The notes under the pieces were generated by a model. It searched no databases. It was not told where the DNA came from and worked only from the letters and a program-made list of their open reading frames with translations. This document shows, piece after piece, positions 39,847-50,081 of a stretch of DNA of 64,000 nucleotides. Both the position numbers and the translations under genes were made by a program. The stretch's first letter is position 1, and every line of letters begins with the position of its first letter. The DNA comes from Escherichia phage vB_EcoM_G8: the sequence record NC_054915.1. One strand, 5' to 3'.

Positions 39847-41412
39847 ATGACTATCAAAACTAAAGCTGAACTTTTGAACAAATGGAAGCCATTACTGGAA
39901 GGTGAAGGTTTACCGGAAATTGCTAATAGCAAACAAGCGATTATCGCTAAAATCTTTGAAAACCAGGAAAAAGATTTCCAGACAGCTCCGGAATATAAAG
40001 ACGAAAAAATTGCTCAGGCATTCGGTCCTTTCTTAACAGAAGCTGAAATCGGTGGTGACCACGGTTACAATGCTACCAACATCGCTGCAGGTCAGACTTC
40101 TGGCGCAGTAACTCAGATTGGCCCAGCTGTTATGGGTATGGTACGTCGTGCTATTCCTAACCTGATTGCTTTCGATATTTGTGGTGTTCAGCCGATAAAC
40201 AGCCCGACTGGCCAGGTATTCGCAATGCGTGCAGTATACGGTAAAGACCCAATCGCTTCCGGTGCTAAAGAAGCATTCCACCCAATGTATGGTCCAGATG
40301 CAATGTTCTCTGGTCAAGGTGCTGCTAAGAAATTCCCGGCTCTGGCTGCTAGCACACAAACCGTTGTAGGTGATATCTATACTCACTTCTTCCAGGAAAC
40401 TGGTACTGTATATCTGCAAGCTTCCGCTGTAGTAACAATCGATGCTAGTGCTAGTGATGCAGCTAAATTAGATGCTGAAATTAAGAAACAAATGGAAGCT
40501 GGTGTACTGGTAGAAATCGCTGAAGGTATGGCTACTTCTATCGCTGAACTCCAGGAAGGTTTCAATGGTTCTACCGATAACCCATGGAATGAAATGGGCT
40601 TCCGTATCGATAAACAAGTTATCGAAGCTAAATCTCGCCAGCTGAAAGCTGCTTACTCTATCGAATTAGCACAAGACCTCCGCGCTGTTCACGGTATGGA
40701 TGCTGACGCTGAACTGTCTGGTATTCTGGCTACAGAAATTATGCTGGAAATCAACCGTGAAGTAGTTGATTGGATTAACTACTCCGCTCAGGTTGGTAAA
40801 TCTGGTATGACCCTGACTCCGGGTTCTAAAGCTGGTGTATTTGACTTCCAGGACCCAATCGATATTCGTGGTGCTCGCTGGGCAGGTGAATCCTTTAAAG
40901 CTCTGTTGTTCCAGATTGACAAAGAAGCAGTTGAAATTGCTCGTCAGACCGGTCGTGGTGAAGGTAACTTCATTATCGCTTCCCGTAACGTAGTTAACGT
41001 TCTGGCTTCAGTTGATACCGGCATTTCTTATGCTGCACAAGGTCTGGCAACCAGCTTTAACACTGATACTACCAAGTCAGTATTTGCTGGTGTTCTGGGT
41101 GGTAAATACCGTGTATATATCGACCAGTATGCTAAACAGGATTATTTCACTGTAGGTTATAAAGGTCCGAACGAAATGGATGCTGGTATTTACTATGCTC
41201 CATATGTAGCTCTGACTCCGCTGCGTGGTTCCGATCCGAAGAACTTCCAACCGGTAATGGGATTCAAAACTCGTTACGGTATCGGTATCAACCCATTTGC
41301 AGAATCCGCTGCTCAGGCTCCGGCTTCTCGCATCCAGAGCGGTATGCCTTCTATTCTGAATAGCCTTGGTAAAAACGCTTACTTCCGCCGTGTATATGTT
41401 AAAGGTATCTAA
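39847..41412 (+). CDS. 23: major capsid protein gp23
   Basis: 521 aa; N-terminus MTIKTKAELLNKWKPLLEGEGLPEIANSKQAIIAKIFENQ as in T-even gp23; high-expression codon bias. Confidence 0.95.
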   Translation: MTIKTKAELLNKWKPLLEGEGLPEIANSKQAIIAKIFENQEKDFQTAPEYKDEKIAQAFGPFLTEAEIGGDHGYNATNIAAGQTSGAVTQIGPAVMGMVRRAIPNLIAFDICGVQPINSPTGQVFAMRAVYGKDPIASGAKEAFHPMYGPDAMFSGQGAAKKFPALAASTQTVVGDIYTHFFQETGTVYLQASAVVTIDASASDAAKLDAEIKKQMEAGVLVEIAEGMATSIAELQEGFNGSTDNPWNEMGFRIDKQVIEAKSRQLKAAYSIELAQDLRAVHGMDADAELSGILATEIMLEINREVVDWINYSAQVGKSGMTLTPGSKAGVFDFQDPIDIRGARWAGESFKALLFQIDKEAVEIARQTGRGEGNFIIASRNVVNVLASVDTGISYAAQGLATSFNTDTTKSVFAGVLGGKYRVYIDQYAKQDYFTVGYKGPNEMDAGIYYAPYVALTPLRGSDPKNFQPVMGFKTRYGIGINPFAESAAQAPASRIQSGMPSILNSLGKNAYFRRVYVKGI

Positions 41413-41425
41413 TCTTTGACGATTT

Positions 41426-41455
41426 AAGGGACCTTCGGGTCCCTTTAGTTGTTTT
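41426..41455 (+). terminator. rho-independent terminator after gene 23
   Basis: AAGGGACC-TTCG-GGTCCCTT hairpin followed by a T-rich run. Confidence 0.7.
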
Positions 41456-41460
41456 TATGG

Positions 41461-41468
41461 TATAAATA
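41461..41468 (+). promoter_or_regulatory. late promoter TATAAATA upstream of gene 24
   Basis: Exact TATAAATA about 28 nt upstream of the gene 24 ATG. Confidence 0.55.
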
Positions 41469-41495
41469 AATCATATAAACCAAAAGGAAAGCGCA

Positions 41496-42779
41496 ATGGC
41501 TAAAATCAACGAACTTCTGCGCGAATCAACCACAACGAATAGCAACTCAATCGGTCGCCCAAATCTCGTTGCTTTGACTCGCGCTACCACTAAATTAATA
41601 TATTCTGACATTGTAGCAACGCAAAGAACTAATCAACCTGTTGCTGCTTTTTATGGTATCAAATACCTTAATCCAGACAATGAATTTACATTTAAAACTG
41701 GTGCTACTTATGCTGGCGAAGCTGGATATGTAGACCGAGAACAAATCACAGAATTAACAGAAGAGTCTAAATTAACTCTCAATAAAGGCGATTTATTCAA
41801 ATATAATAATATCGTTTATAAAGTATTAGAAGATACACCATTTGCTGATATTGAAGAAAGCGATTTAGAATTGGCTCTTCAGATTGCAATTGTTCTTTTA
41901 AAGGTTCGTCTATTTTCTGACGCAGCGTCAACAAGCAAATTTGAAAGCTCTGATAGTGAAATTGCGGATGCTAGATTCCAGATTAATAAATGGCAAACCG
42001 CAGTTAAATCTCGCAAACTTAAAACTGGTATCACAGTTGAATTAGCACAAGATTTAGAAGCAAATGGATTCGATGCTCCTAATTTCTTGGAAGATTTGCT
42101 TGCAACTGAAATGGCAGATGAAATCAATAAAGATATTCTGCAGTCTTTGATTACAGTATCAAAACGTTATAAAGTTACAGGAATTACTGATACTGGATTC
42201 ATTGATTTGAGTTATGCATCTGCACCTGAAGCTGGTCGTTCATTATACCGAATGGTATGTGAAATGGTTTCGCATATCCAAAAAGAATCAACTTATACAG
42301 CAACGTTCTGTGTTGCTTCTGCTCGTGCCGCCGCGATTCTTGCTGCATCAGGTTGGTTAAAACATAAACCAGAAGATGATAAATATCTTTCACAAAATGC
42401 CTATGGGTTTTTAGCTAATGGATTACCTCTTTACTGCGATACCAACAGTCCGTTAGATTATGTTATTGTGGGTGTTGTAGAAAATATCGGCGAAAAAGAA
42501 ATTGTAGGGTCCATCTTTTATGCTCCATACACTGAAGGAGTAGATTTAGATGACCCGGAACATGTCGGTGCATTTAAAGTTGTAGTTGATCCGGAAAGTT
42601 TGCAACCGTCTATCGGTTTATTAGTTAGATATGCTTTATCAGCAAATCCTTATACCGTAGCAAAAGATGAAAAAGAAGCAAGAGTAATTGACGGTGGAGA
42701 CATGGATAAAATGGCGGGTCGTTCAGATTTGTCTGTTTTATTAGGTGTTAAACTACCAAAAATTATCGTTGATGAATAA
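41496..42779 (+). CDS. 24: capsid vertex protein gp24
   Basis: 427 aa; gp23-like paralog by size and position. Confidence 0.9.
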   Translation: MAKINELLRESTTTNSNSIGRPNLVALTRATTKLIYSDIVATQRTNQPVAAFYGIKYLNPDNEFTFKTGATYAGEAGYVDREQITELTEESKLTLNKGDLFKYNNIVYKVLEDTPFADIEESDLELALQIAIVLLKVRLFSDAASTSKFESSDSEIADARFQINKWQTAVKSRKLKTGITVELAQDLEANGFDAPNFLEDLLATEMADEINKDILQSLITVSKRYKVTGITDTGFIDLSYASAPEAGRSLYRMVCEMVSHIQKESTYTATFCVASARAAAILAASGWLKHKPEDDKYLSQNAYGFLANGLPLYCDTNSPLDYVIVGVVENIGEKEIVGSIFYAPYTEGVDLDDPEHVGAFKVVVDPESLQPSIGLLVRYALSANPYTVAKDEKEARVIDGGDMDKMAGRSDLSVLLGVKLPKIIVDE

Positions 42780-42784
42780 AACAA

Positions 42785-42809
42785 AGGGACCAAAAGGTCC
42801 CTTTTTATT
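42785..42809. terminator. bidirectional terminator between gene 24 and rnlB
   Basis: AGGGACC-AAAA-GGTCCCT hairpin flanked by A-run and T-run. Confidence 0.7.
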
Positions 42810-43813
42810 TAACTTACCAACTCAATCCAAGCTGGACGAAGTACATCTTGTACCATTTTAACTAATTCCTTCTTAATCAAAGAAGGATTATCTGCTTGAG
42901 TTAGAGTAATACCTTCACGAGAAGTTTCTTCCAAAATATCTTGAACAGTTAGTCCCATCACCTTTCCAAAATCTTTTGGACCAATTTCGCCAATTTTAGA
43001 AATAACGTTATTTACTCGGTTTAGTGTAACGTAACAAGCTAAAATCCCCACCAATTTGTTATCAGCTTCTGACAGTTCAACTTTAGCTTTAATAGGCTTA
43101 TCAGACTTTTTCTTTTCACTAAATTTAGAATTCTTGCATTTAATTGCTACACGATTGCGATTAGGCAGCCAAGAAGGATAACAAGGTTTCAATACATATC
43201 CTTCAGCGGTAAATACTTCGCCTTTTGCTTCGGCATTCCAAACGCATTTATTTGCATCAACTAATCCAGCATGGTCTACTGTAAAATTATAATCTTGGAC
43301 GACAGAATCTAAATCATTTGGCAATTTAATAAGCTCTTCAAATTTACCGCGACCTAAAAGTGGAGCCATTTTAAATTTAAATGTATTGCAGAATGATTCC
43401 ATCATATAATCGTCGACATAAGTCACATCGCCACTTTCTGTAGTGACAATAATGTCAAATACATAAAAATCTTTATCACCATAATCGACATTCTTCTGAA
43501 TGCCAGGTCCAGCGAATTCGCCAAAGACTTGATAAGATACAACCGCTGAGGTTTCCATAATATCTTGTACTGCTTTAATGGAATCAGCGTAATTCTTTAA
43601 AATAATTTCATACCCAAAGAAATCTTCAGCAGGAAGAATAGGACCAGTACGTTTAGCGCAAGTTACTTTATCACGCTCAATAATCAATGAGAAATTTGTG
43701 CCGTGAATCTTTTCACGAGCTACCCATTCGCCGCCAGTCAATCCCAAGCTATAAAGTTTTTCAATAAATTTAGAGTTGTAATGATTTTCAAGACTGCTAT
43801 ACTTTTTAAACAT
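42809..43813 (-). CDS. rnlB: RNA ligase 2
   Basis: 334 aa; nucleotidyltransferase motif I KIHGTN; position after gene 24 on the opposite strand. Confidence 0.9.
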   Translation of the reverse strand: MFKKYSSLENHYNSKFIEKLYSLGLTGGEWVAREKIHGTNFSLIIERDKVTCAKRTGPILPAEDFFGYEIILKNYADSIKAVQDIMETSAVVSYQVFGEFAGPGIQKNVDYGDKDFYVFDIIVTTESGDVTYVDDYMMESFCNTFKFKMAPLLGRGKFEELIKLPNDLDSVVQDYNFTVDHAGLVDANKCVWNAEAKGEVFTAEGYVLKPCYPSWLPNRNRVAIKCKNSKFSEKKKSDKPIKAKVELSEADNKLVGILACYVTLNRVNNVISKIGEIGPKDFGKVMGLTVQDILEETSREGITLTQADNPSLIKKELVKMVQDVLRPAWIELVS

Positions 43814-43822
43814 AATTAATCC

Positions 43823-44101
43823 TCAAAATGTAATTTCTAACCAATCACCATCACGCTGATCACTATTAACTTTAAAGCTGAATCCTTCTTTTCTCAGCCA
43901 ATCACCAATTTCTTCAGTAATCAATTTATCGCGAGCAGTACAATAATAACTAAAATATGTTTTACCTTGTTCAGCTGCTTTATTAGCAAGTTCCGAAAAA
44001 TCTTTAATAAAACACTCTAGCTTAAACTGTTTACTTTTGAATGCTTTTTCGCGTAATTGATTAGCAAAAGATTCATTTTCATAAAGATCATACTGTTCCA
44101 T
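43823..44101 (-). CDS. hypothetical protein (24.2-like position)
   Basis: 92 aa ORF. Confidence 0.6.
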   Translation of the reverse strand: MEQYDLYENESFANQLREKAFKSKQFKLECFIKDFSELANKAAEQGKTYFSYYCTARDKLITEEIGDWLRKEGFSFKVNSDQRDGDWLEITF

Positions 44102-44303
44102 TTTTCACCTTTTTATTAATATGTCTTTTTCTATAGACAACTTTTTCTCGAGTTTCAAATTTATTTTTAGCAGTCATAGCTCGAGCCCATAATACAGCCA
44201 CTTCTTTCGCCTGTAAATTTAATTCACGAGCAATTTCAATGAATGACTTTCCAGACTCATGGAGAGTAAACACCACAACCTCAGTTCTCATAATCAATCT
44301 CAT
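44088..44303 (-). CDS. hypothetical basic protein (24.3-like position)
   Basis: 71 aa ORF. Confidence 0.55.
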   Translation of the reverse strand: MRLIMRTEVVVFTLHESGKSFIEIARELNLQAKEVAVLWARAMTAKNKFETREKVVYRKRHINKKVKNGTV

Positions 44304-44370
44304 GTTATCGGGTTGGTGCCATTATATACATCATTTTCTGATTGTGTTTTGTGTGCTTTCAAAATGAAGA

Positions 44371-44392
44371 AAGGGGCCGAAGCCCCTTATGA
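44371..44392 (-). terminator. terminator hairpin downstream of hoc (member of the GGGGCCGAAGCCCC hairpin family)
   Basis: AGGGGC-CGAA-GCCCCT; the minus transcript has a U-rich tail. Confidence 0.6.
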
Positions 44393-45529
44393 TTATGGAT
44401 AGGTATAGATGATACCAGTTTCTAAAGCAGTTTTATGAATGATGTATCCATTACGCGATTCTTGGACATCAACTTCTGGATAATCTTTCATCATCTTCTG
44501 GAGAGTGTAACGATGCAAGTAGTACTTACTATCTGGATCGTCAGTTTTCCAATCTTTACCTTCTTCAGTCATTTTTTGGATTTCATCCATAACCCACCAA
44601 CCGCACCAGATATAAGCTGAAGTACGATGTGGAAGAGGATGAACATAAGGTAATTCACCTTCTGGTTCTGGAGCAACTTTATCAGTTACCTGAACTTGAC
44701 CTGTTGCTGTAATAGTTTTGCTATCATAATCAGCAGCAGTAACAGTTGCAGTAACTTCAATAGTTTGACTTCCAATAGATGAGGTATCAACGGTATATAC
44801 ATTAGTTGACCCTTCTACAGGAGAAGAATCTTTCTTCCATGAATAAGCAATTTGTGCTTCTTCTGGTGCGCCAGTAACATTAGCAGTAAATGTAGCCGAA
44901 GCATCTTGTTGAACGTTAATAGAAGGAGGAGTCAATGTAACCTGTGGATTCATTGTCTTCTTATTAACCGTTAATGATACTTCATTAGAAGTAACTTCTT
45001 TTGCATCATAATCTGTCGCGGTTACTTGAGCTACACACTTGATTTTTTTAACTCCACTTATAGTTGGAGTATAGCTAAATGTAGAGTTAGTTTCTCCACC
45101 AACTTGTGAATCATCTACATACCACTGATACGTAGCAGACGCTCCAACGGGTTGAGAAGCTAAGGCAGCAGTAAATTCAACAGCTGTTCCGATTACGCCA
45201 GCATCAGGGCTACCAGGAGTTACGGCTAAAGTAGTTGTTTGTGTCTTATTTTGAACTGTGATAGTTGTAGTAGCTTCTGCTGTTTCAGCTTCAGCTTCAG
45301 CTTCTGGAACTGTATTTGTTGCAACTACTTTAATAGTCTTTTGACCGGCAGGTCCTTTTAATACATAATTAAAAGTTGCTGACGTTTCTTCCTGTTGAAC
45401 ATTATCTACGCTCCAAGCATAGGTAATAGTTCCACCTCCAGTTTCACCACTGGGTGTAGCAGTAAACTGCTGAGTCTGATCTATAACTCCAGTAGGTGTT
45501 TTAGGAGTTATATCAACTGTAAAAGTCAT
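44393..45529 (-). CDS. hoc: highly immunogenic outer capsid protein Hoc
   Basis: 378 aa; repeated Thr/Val-rich Ig-like segments; position before inh. Confidence 0.88.
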   Translation of the reverse strand: MTFTVDITPKTPTGVIDQTQQFTATPSGETGGGTITYAWSVDNVQQEETSATFNYVLKGPAGQKTIKVVATNTVPEAEAEAETAEATTTITVQNKTQTTTLAVTPGSPDAGVIGTAVEFTAALASQPVGASATYQWYVDDSQVGGETNSTFSYTPTISGVKKIKCVAQVTATDYDAKEVTSNEVSLTVNKKTMNPQVTLTPPSINVQQDASATFTANVTGAPEEAQIAYSWKKDSSPVEGSTNVYTVDTSSIGSQTIEVTATVTAADYDSKTITATGQVQVTDKVAPEPEGELPYVHPLPHRTSAYIWCGWWVMDEIQKMTEEGKDWKTDDPDSKYYLHRYTLQKMMKDYPEVDVQESRNGYIIHKTALETGIIYTYP

Positions 45530-45538
45530 AAGTTATCC

Positions 45539-46219
45539 TTATTTTAATGTTACGAAAGAAGAGTTGCGTGTTTCACGAATTAAAACTGATCCATCACGAT
45601 TAATGTAATAAATTAAGCTAAATAAAGTTTGGTGTGCTGACGCATGCTCAAAACTAGTTGGGTGAGATTTCCAATCCGGAGTTTCAGCTATCCATTGATA
45701 AATCCACCAAGGAACAGTGCAGAATCCTGGATTTTTTCCAATCAGCTGAAGATTCGGACTAAAGTTTTCCGGAAGAGTAAATACAGACGGCTTTTCAGAT
45801 TCAATAATCTCAGCTACAGCCTGTTCAAATTTTTCTTCAACAAAAGGAGTATCTTCAATCAAAACTGAGGTATTTTCAGGAATTTTATCCGTTTCTACTA
45901 CTTCAATTTTAATGTCAGATTTAACCGGAGAATCAATCAGAAGTGCTGCTTCTGGATTGACTTCTTCATCGTCATATTTTAATCCCTCTGCGGCATCAGC
46001 AGCATCAATTAAGTCTTTAATAGATAACCCATCAGTCTCTGGCATAGGTTCACTAGCGAGCTTCTGGAGGGCTTCTTCAATATCATTAACGATATTATCA
46101 AAAGATTTATTCTTTTTGACCTTTATACCAAACTGTTCAGCATATTCAGCTAATTTAGCTTTAGCTTCTTTGTTATCATCAAGAGCCTTCAGCTCTGCAA
46201 TATAATCTTTATCTATCAT
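45539..46219 (-). CDS. inh: inhibitor of prohead protease Inh
   Basis: 226 aa; position between hoc and uvsW. Confidence 0.8.
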   Translation of the reverse strand: MIDKDYIAELKALDDNKEAKAKLAEYAEQFGIKVKKNKSFDNIVNDIEEALQKLASEPMPETDGLSIKDLIDAADAAEGLKYDDEEVNPEAALLIDSPVKSDIKIEVVETDKIPENTSVLIEDTPFVEEKFEQAVAEIIESEKPSVFTLPENFSPNLQLIGKNPGFCTVPWWIYQWIAETPDWKSHPTSFEHASAHQTLFSLIYYINRDGSVLIRETRNSSFVTLK

Positions 46220-46232
46220 AATATTTCCTCAG

Positions 46233-46240
46233 TATAAATA
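46233..46240 (+). promoter_or_regulatory. late promoter TATAAATA upstream of uvsW
   Basis: Exact TATAAATA about 30 nt upstream of the uvsW ATG. Confidence 0.5.
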
Positions 46241-46269
46241 TAGATATATTTATTACATGGTATTTAGAC

Positions 46270-47781
46270 ATGACTGACATTAAAGTACATTTTTATGATT
46301 TTAGTCACGTGAGAATTGATTGTGAAGAAAGTACATTTCATGAACTCCGTGATTTCTTTAGCTTTGAAGCTGATGGGTATCGTTTTAATCCGAAGTACAG
46401 ATATGGCCACTGGGATGGACGAATCCGTCTTTTAGATTATAATCGACTTCTTCCATTCGGCTTAGTCGGGCAAATTAAAAAGTTCTGTGATAACTTTGGC
46501 TATAAAGCCTGGATTGACCCACAAATTAACGAAAAAGAAGAATTATCAAGAAAAGATTTTGATGAATGGCTTTCTAAATTAGAAATCTATTCAGGAAATA
46601 AAAGAATTGAACCACATTGGTATCAAAAAGATGCAGTGTTCGAAGGATTAGTTAATCGTCGTAGAATTCTTAATCTTCCAACATCCGCTGGTAAATCGTT
46701 AATTCAAGCTTTGCTTGCGCGATATTATTTGGAAAATTATGAAGGTAAAATTCTTATCATTGTTCCAACAACTGCTCTGACAACTCAGATGGCTGATGAC
46801 TTCGTCGACTATCGTTTATTCAGCCATGCAATGATAAAGAAAATTGGTGGCGGAGCATCAAAAGATGATAAATATAAAAATGATGCACCAGTCGTTGTTG
46901 GTACATGGCAAACTGTAGTAAAACAACCGAAAGAATGGTTCTCACAGTTTGGAATGATGATGAATGATGAATGCCATCTTGCTACAGGAAAAAGTATTTC
47001 ATCTATCATATCAGGTTTAAATAACTGCATGTTCAAATTCGGTTTGTCTGGTTCATTACGTGATGGCAAAGCCAATATCATGCAGTATGTTGGAATGTTT
47101 GGTGAAATATTTAAGCCAGTAACGACTTCTAAGTTAATGGAAGATGGACAAGTAACTGAGCTAAAAATTAATAGTATTTTTCTTCGCTATCCCGATGAGT
47201 TCACTACTAAATTAAAGGGAAAAACTTATCAAGAAGAAATAAAAATTATTACTGGGCTTAGTAAAAGAAATAAATGGATCGCTAAATTAGCTATTAAGCT
47301 TGCACAAAAAGATGAAAACGCTTTTGTCATGTTTAAACATGTATCGCATGGTAAAGCTATTTTCGATTTAATTAAAAATGAATACGATAAAGTTTATTAC
47401 GTATCAGGGGAAGTTGATACCGAAACCCGCAACGTAATGAAAACTTTAGCTGAAAACGGTAAAGGAATAATTATAGTAGCGAGTTATGGTGTATTTTCTA
47501 CTGGTATTTCAGTTAAAAATCTGCATCACGTTGTTTTAGCGCATGGTGTTAAATCAAAAATCATTGTATTACAAACAATCGGTCGTGTATTACGTAAGCA
47601 TGGTTCTAAGACAATAGCAACGGTCTGGGACCTCATAGATGACGCGGGCGTAGTTTCTAAATCAAAAACATCTTCTAAAAAATACTCGCATTTAAACTAT
47701 CTTTTAAAACATGGACTTGATCGTATTCAGCGTTATGCTGATGAAAAGTTTAATTATGTGATGAAAGAGGTTAAACTTTGA
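46270..47781 (+). CDS. uvsW: ATP-dependent DNA helicase UvsW (SF2)
   Basis: 503 aa; Walker A PTSAGKS; DECH box MMMNDECHLA. Confidence 0.92.
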   Translation: MTDIKVHFYDFSHVRIDCEESTFHELRDFFSFEADGYRFNPKYRYGHWDGRIRLLDYNRLLPFGLVGQIKKFCDNFGYKAWIDPQINEKEELSRKDFDEWLSKLEIYSGNKRIEPHWYQKDAVFEGLVNRRRILNLPTSAGKSLIQALLARYYLENYEGKILIIVPTTALTTQMADDFVDYRLFSHAMIKKIGGGASKDDKYKNDAPVVVGTWQTVVKQPKEWFSQFGMMMNDECHLATGKSISSIISGLNNCMFKFGLSGSLRDGKANIMQYVGMFGEIFKPVTTSKLMEDGQVTELKINSIFLRYPDEFTTKLKGKTYQEEIKIITGLSKRNKWIAKLAIKLAQKDENAFVMFKHVSHGKAIFDLIKNEYDKVYYVSGEVDTETRNVMKTLAENGKGIIIVASYGVFSTGISVKNLHHVVLAHGVKSKIIVLQTIGRVLRKHGSKTIATVWDLIDDAGVVSKSKTSSKKYSHLNYLLKHGLDRIQRYADEKFNYVMKEVKL

Positions 47782-48470
47782 ATTATAAATTAATATATGA
47801 TAATTTAATTAATAGAGCCCAGAATCGGGCTCGCCTTAATGGATACACTGAAACACATCATATAATTCCTAGATGTATGGGTGGTACAAATGATAAGTGT
47901 AATTTAGTAGAACTAACGGCTGAAGAACATTTTATAGCCCATAAACTTTTAGCTAAAATTCATCCAAACCATTACGGTATAATTAAAGCTGTTATATGTA
48001 TGGGGATGAATTCAAATACTCATGAAAGACACGTCAATAAATCTTACGCATGGGAACGTCGTAAAATGGCAGAACTTCAATCCGGCGAAGGTAATCCATT
48101 TTACGGAAAACACCATACGGAAGAACATAAACAATATATGTCAAAACTCATGAAAAGTCGTCCAATTACATGGGGAAATAAAATTAGTAAAACTAAAAGA
48201 ATGAACCCAACGAAATGGACTGAAGAAGCTAAAAGATTACATTCAATCAATCAATCGGGTAAAAATAACGGCATGTATGGAAGGAAACATTCCGCTAAAT
48301 CTATTCAGAAAATTAAAGATAACATGCCAGATAATTCAGGAGCTAATAACCCAGCTGCTAAACCTATAGAAGTAAATGGTGTTAAGTATAAATGTATGAA
48401 AGATGCTTCTAAAGCTACTGGATTATCAATGTACAAACTAAGAATACTTAGAAAAACAGTCAATTTATAA
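47778..48470 (+). CDS. HNH homing endonuclease with NUMOD repeats, TTG start
   Basis: 230 aa; HNH core ETHHIIPRCMGGTNDKCNLVELTAEEHFIAH; two NUMOD3-like repeats (GEGNPFYGKHHTEEHK, GKNNGMYGRKHSAKS); AAAGAGG RBS 8 nt before a TTG that overlaps the uvsW stop. Confidence 0.8.
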   Translation: MNYKLIYDNLINRAQNRARLNGYTETHHIIPRCMGGTNDKCNLVELTAEEHFIAHKLLAKIHPNHYGIIKAVICMGMNSNTHERHVNKSYAWERRKMAELQSGEGNPFYGKHHTEEHKQYMSKLMKSRPITWGNKISKTKRMNPTKWTEEAKRLHSINQSGKNNGMYGRKHSAKSIQKIKDNMPDNSGANNPAAKPIEVNGVKYKCMKDASKATGLSMYKLRILRKTVNL

Positions 48471-48495
48471 GGGCTTCGGCCCTTTGGAGAAAAAG

Positions 48496-48726
48496 ATGTT
48501 ACTAAAATTTAAACAATTTCTTTATGAAGCTTCTATTGATGAATTTATGGGTAAAATTGCCTCTTGTCAAACATTAGAAGGTTTAGAAGAACTTGAAGCT
48601 TATTACAAGAAAAGAGTCAAAGAAACTGAATTAAAAGATACTGATGACATCTCTGTGAGAGATGCTTTGGCAGGAAAAAGAGCTGAATTAGAAGATTCAG
48701 ACGATGAAGTAGAAGAAAGCTTTTAA
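48496..48726 (+). CDS. uvsW.1: UvsW.1
   Basis: 76 aa from Met MLLKFKQFLYEAS; acidic C-terminus; the ORF track extends 4 codons upstream. Confidence 0.75.
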   Translation: MLLKFKQFLYEASIDEFMGKIASCQTLEGLEELEAYYKKRVKETELKDTDDISVRDALAGKRAELEDSDDEVEESF

Positions 48727-48782
48727 ATTAAAAAAAGGCCCAACCAAAAAGGAAGGGCCAAAACTATAGACTAAAGGTCACA

Positions 48783-48950
48783 CTATAGCAAAAGTTGTGT
48801 TTCATTTAATTGTTCTTCCGAACTTTCTGAAACTGGTAGTTCTTTAATGTAATTATAGCAAGGCCCAGGATGTACAGGACCTTTGTCTGTTTCAACAACC
48901 AATGCAGAATCGATTGGAGTTTTACAGACAACACAAATCTTATCTGACAT
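48783..48950 (-). CDS. small zinc-ribbon-like protein (uvsY.-2-like position)
   Basis: 55 aa hand-translated (MSDKICVVCKTPIDS...CYNYIKE...), below the 60-aa ORF-track cutoff; GAGGAGA RBS. Confidence 0.55.
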   Translation of the reverse strand: MSDKICVVCKTPIDSALVVETDKGPVHPGPCYNYIKELPVSESSEEQLNETQLLL

Positions 48951-48978
48951 GATTGTCTCCTCTGAATTATATATCTAT

Positions 48979-49203
48979 TTATACAACTCTCATATGCATA
49001 TCAATGCCCATATCTTTAGAATAAAAATATTCATCAAGATATCCGGCAAATTTTCCTTTAATATAAAGGACATCTTCACCACACGGGTGGTCGGCCAGGA
49101 TACGAATATCCTGACGCTTAAGATTATGCTTTTTCATTAAGAATTGAATTTCCGTTTCAAATTCTTCTTCATAATTAAAAGCATCATCAATGCTATATTT
49201 CAT
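48979..49203 (-). CDS. hypothetical protein (uvsY.-1-like position)
   Basis: 74 aa; stop overlaps the uvsY region. Confidence 0.65.
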   Translation of the reverse strand: MKYSIDDAFNYEEEFETEIQFLMKKHNLKRQDIRILADHPCGEDVLYIKGKFAGYLDEYFYSKDMGIDMHMRVV

Positions 49204-49616
49204 TATTTTCCAGCCTCAAATGCTCGCATGTCTTGAATATGCTTAATAGCAAATCCACGTGATTTAATAGCATCAAGAGCTCCGCTACAGAAATCTAATA
49301 AAATTCCCCAATATTGTAATGAAGTATCAACCTTTAAAACATCCTTATCAGCTGATAAAACTGTCTTCATTTCTGATTTCTCGTAACGATCCATACTAAA
49401 TTCATCACCATCTCCTCGTCCCGAGTAGTAGTCTAATCTAGCTTTAAGAGCAACTTTTTTCTGTGCGTCAATTCTAAGCATTTCCTTTTTAATACTTGAA
49501 TGCTTATTAAGCCATTTACTATATAACATCACATTATTAGCTGCTTCATACTGTAATTTAGTCGAATCTATAAACACATCTTTCTTCAATTCTTCTTGAA
49601 GATCTTCTAATCTCAT
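49203..49616 (-). CDS. uvsY: recombination mediator protein UvsY
   Basis: 137 aa; size and position before gene 25. Confidence 0.88.
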   Translation of the reverse strand: MRLEDLQEELKKDVFIDSTKLQYEAANNVMLYSKWLNKHSSIKKEMLRIDAQKKVALKARLDYYSGRGDGDEFSMDRYEKSEMKTVLSADKDVLKVDTSLQYWGILLDFCSGALDAIKSRGFAIKHIQDMRAFEAGK

Positions 49617-49682
49617 ATTGTTCTCTATTCAATTGTTATTGGATGGACTTAGATTCATTATACCACGTTTTAACGTGAAGCA

Positions 49683-50081
49683 TTATACCCTATTACTCGA
49701 AGCCAGTTGCAGTTTTATCTGCTCAATATCATCAGGGTTATCGATGACCGAAAAGCGTATTTCTACTATCAGAGTATAATCATCATAAACTGGTATTACA
49801 TTAACTGATAATTTATCAATACGTGGCTCATAGTTTCTTACTGCGCTTTCGATATTGCGCTCAACTGTGTCAGCAGTAAGAGGAGTCATATTCTCAAAAA
49901 GCTGGTCTGATAAATCACATCCAAATTCAGGGTCAAACGGTCTTGAACCTTTTCTTGTTGTAATAATTCCCAAAAGACTGTTTTTAATTGACCTTAATCC
50001 AAGTGATCTGGAAACATCTTTGTTCCAATCCATTTTCATTTCCGGGTCAATGTCAGAATAAAGCTTATTAATATTTGCCAT
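49683..50081 (-). CDS. 25: baseplate wedge / sheath initiator gp25
   Basis: 132 aa; size and order 25-26 opposite 51. Confidence 0.88.
   Translation of the reverse strand: MANINKLYSDIDPEMKMDWNKDVSRSLGLRSIKNSLLGIITTRKGSRPFDPEFGCDLSDQLFENMTPLTADTVERNIESAVRNYEPRIDKLSVNVIPVYDDYTLIVEIRFSVIDNPDDIEQIKLQLASSNRV

Noticed and set aside
40033-40419. 128-aa minus-strand ORF inside gene 23
   Set aside because: Antisense of the strongly codon-biased major capsid gene.
48883-49140. 85-aa plus-strand ORF
   Set aside because: Overlaps the minus-strand uvsY.-2-like and uvsY.-1 genes, which have RBSs and conserved positions; likely spurious.
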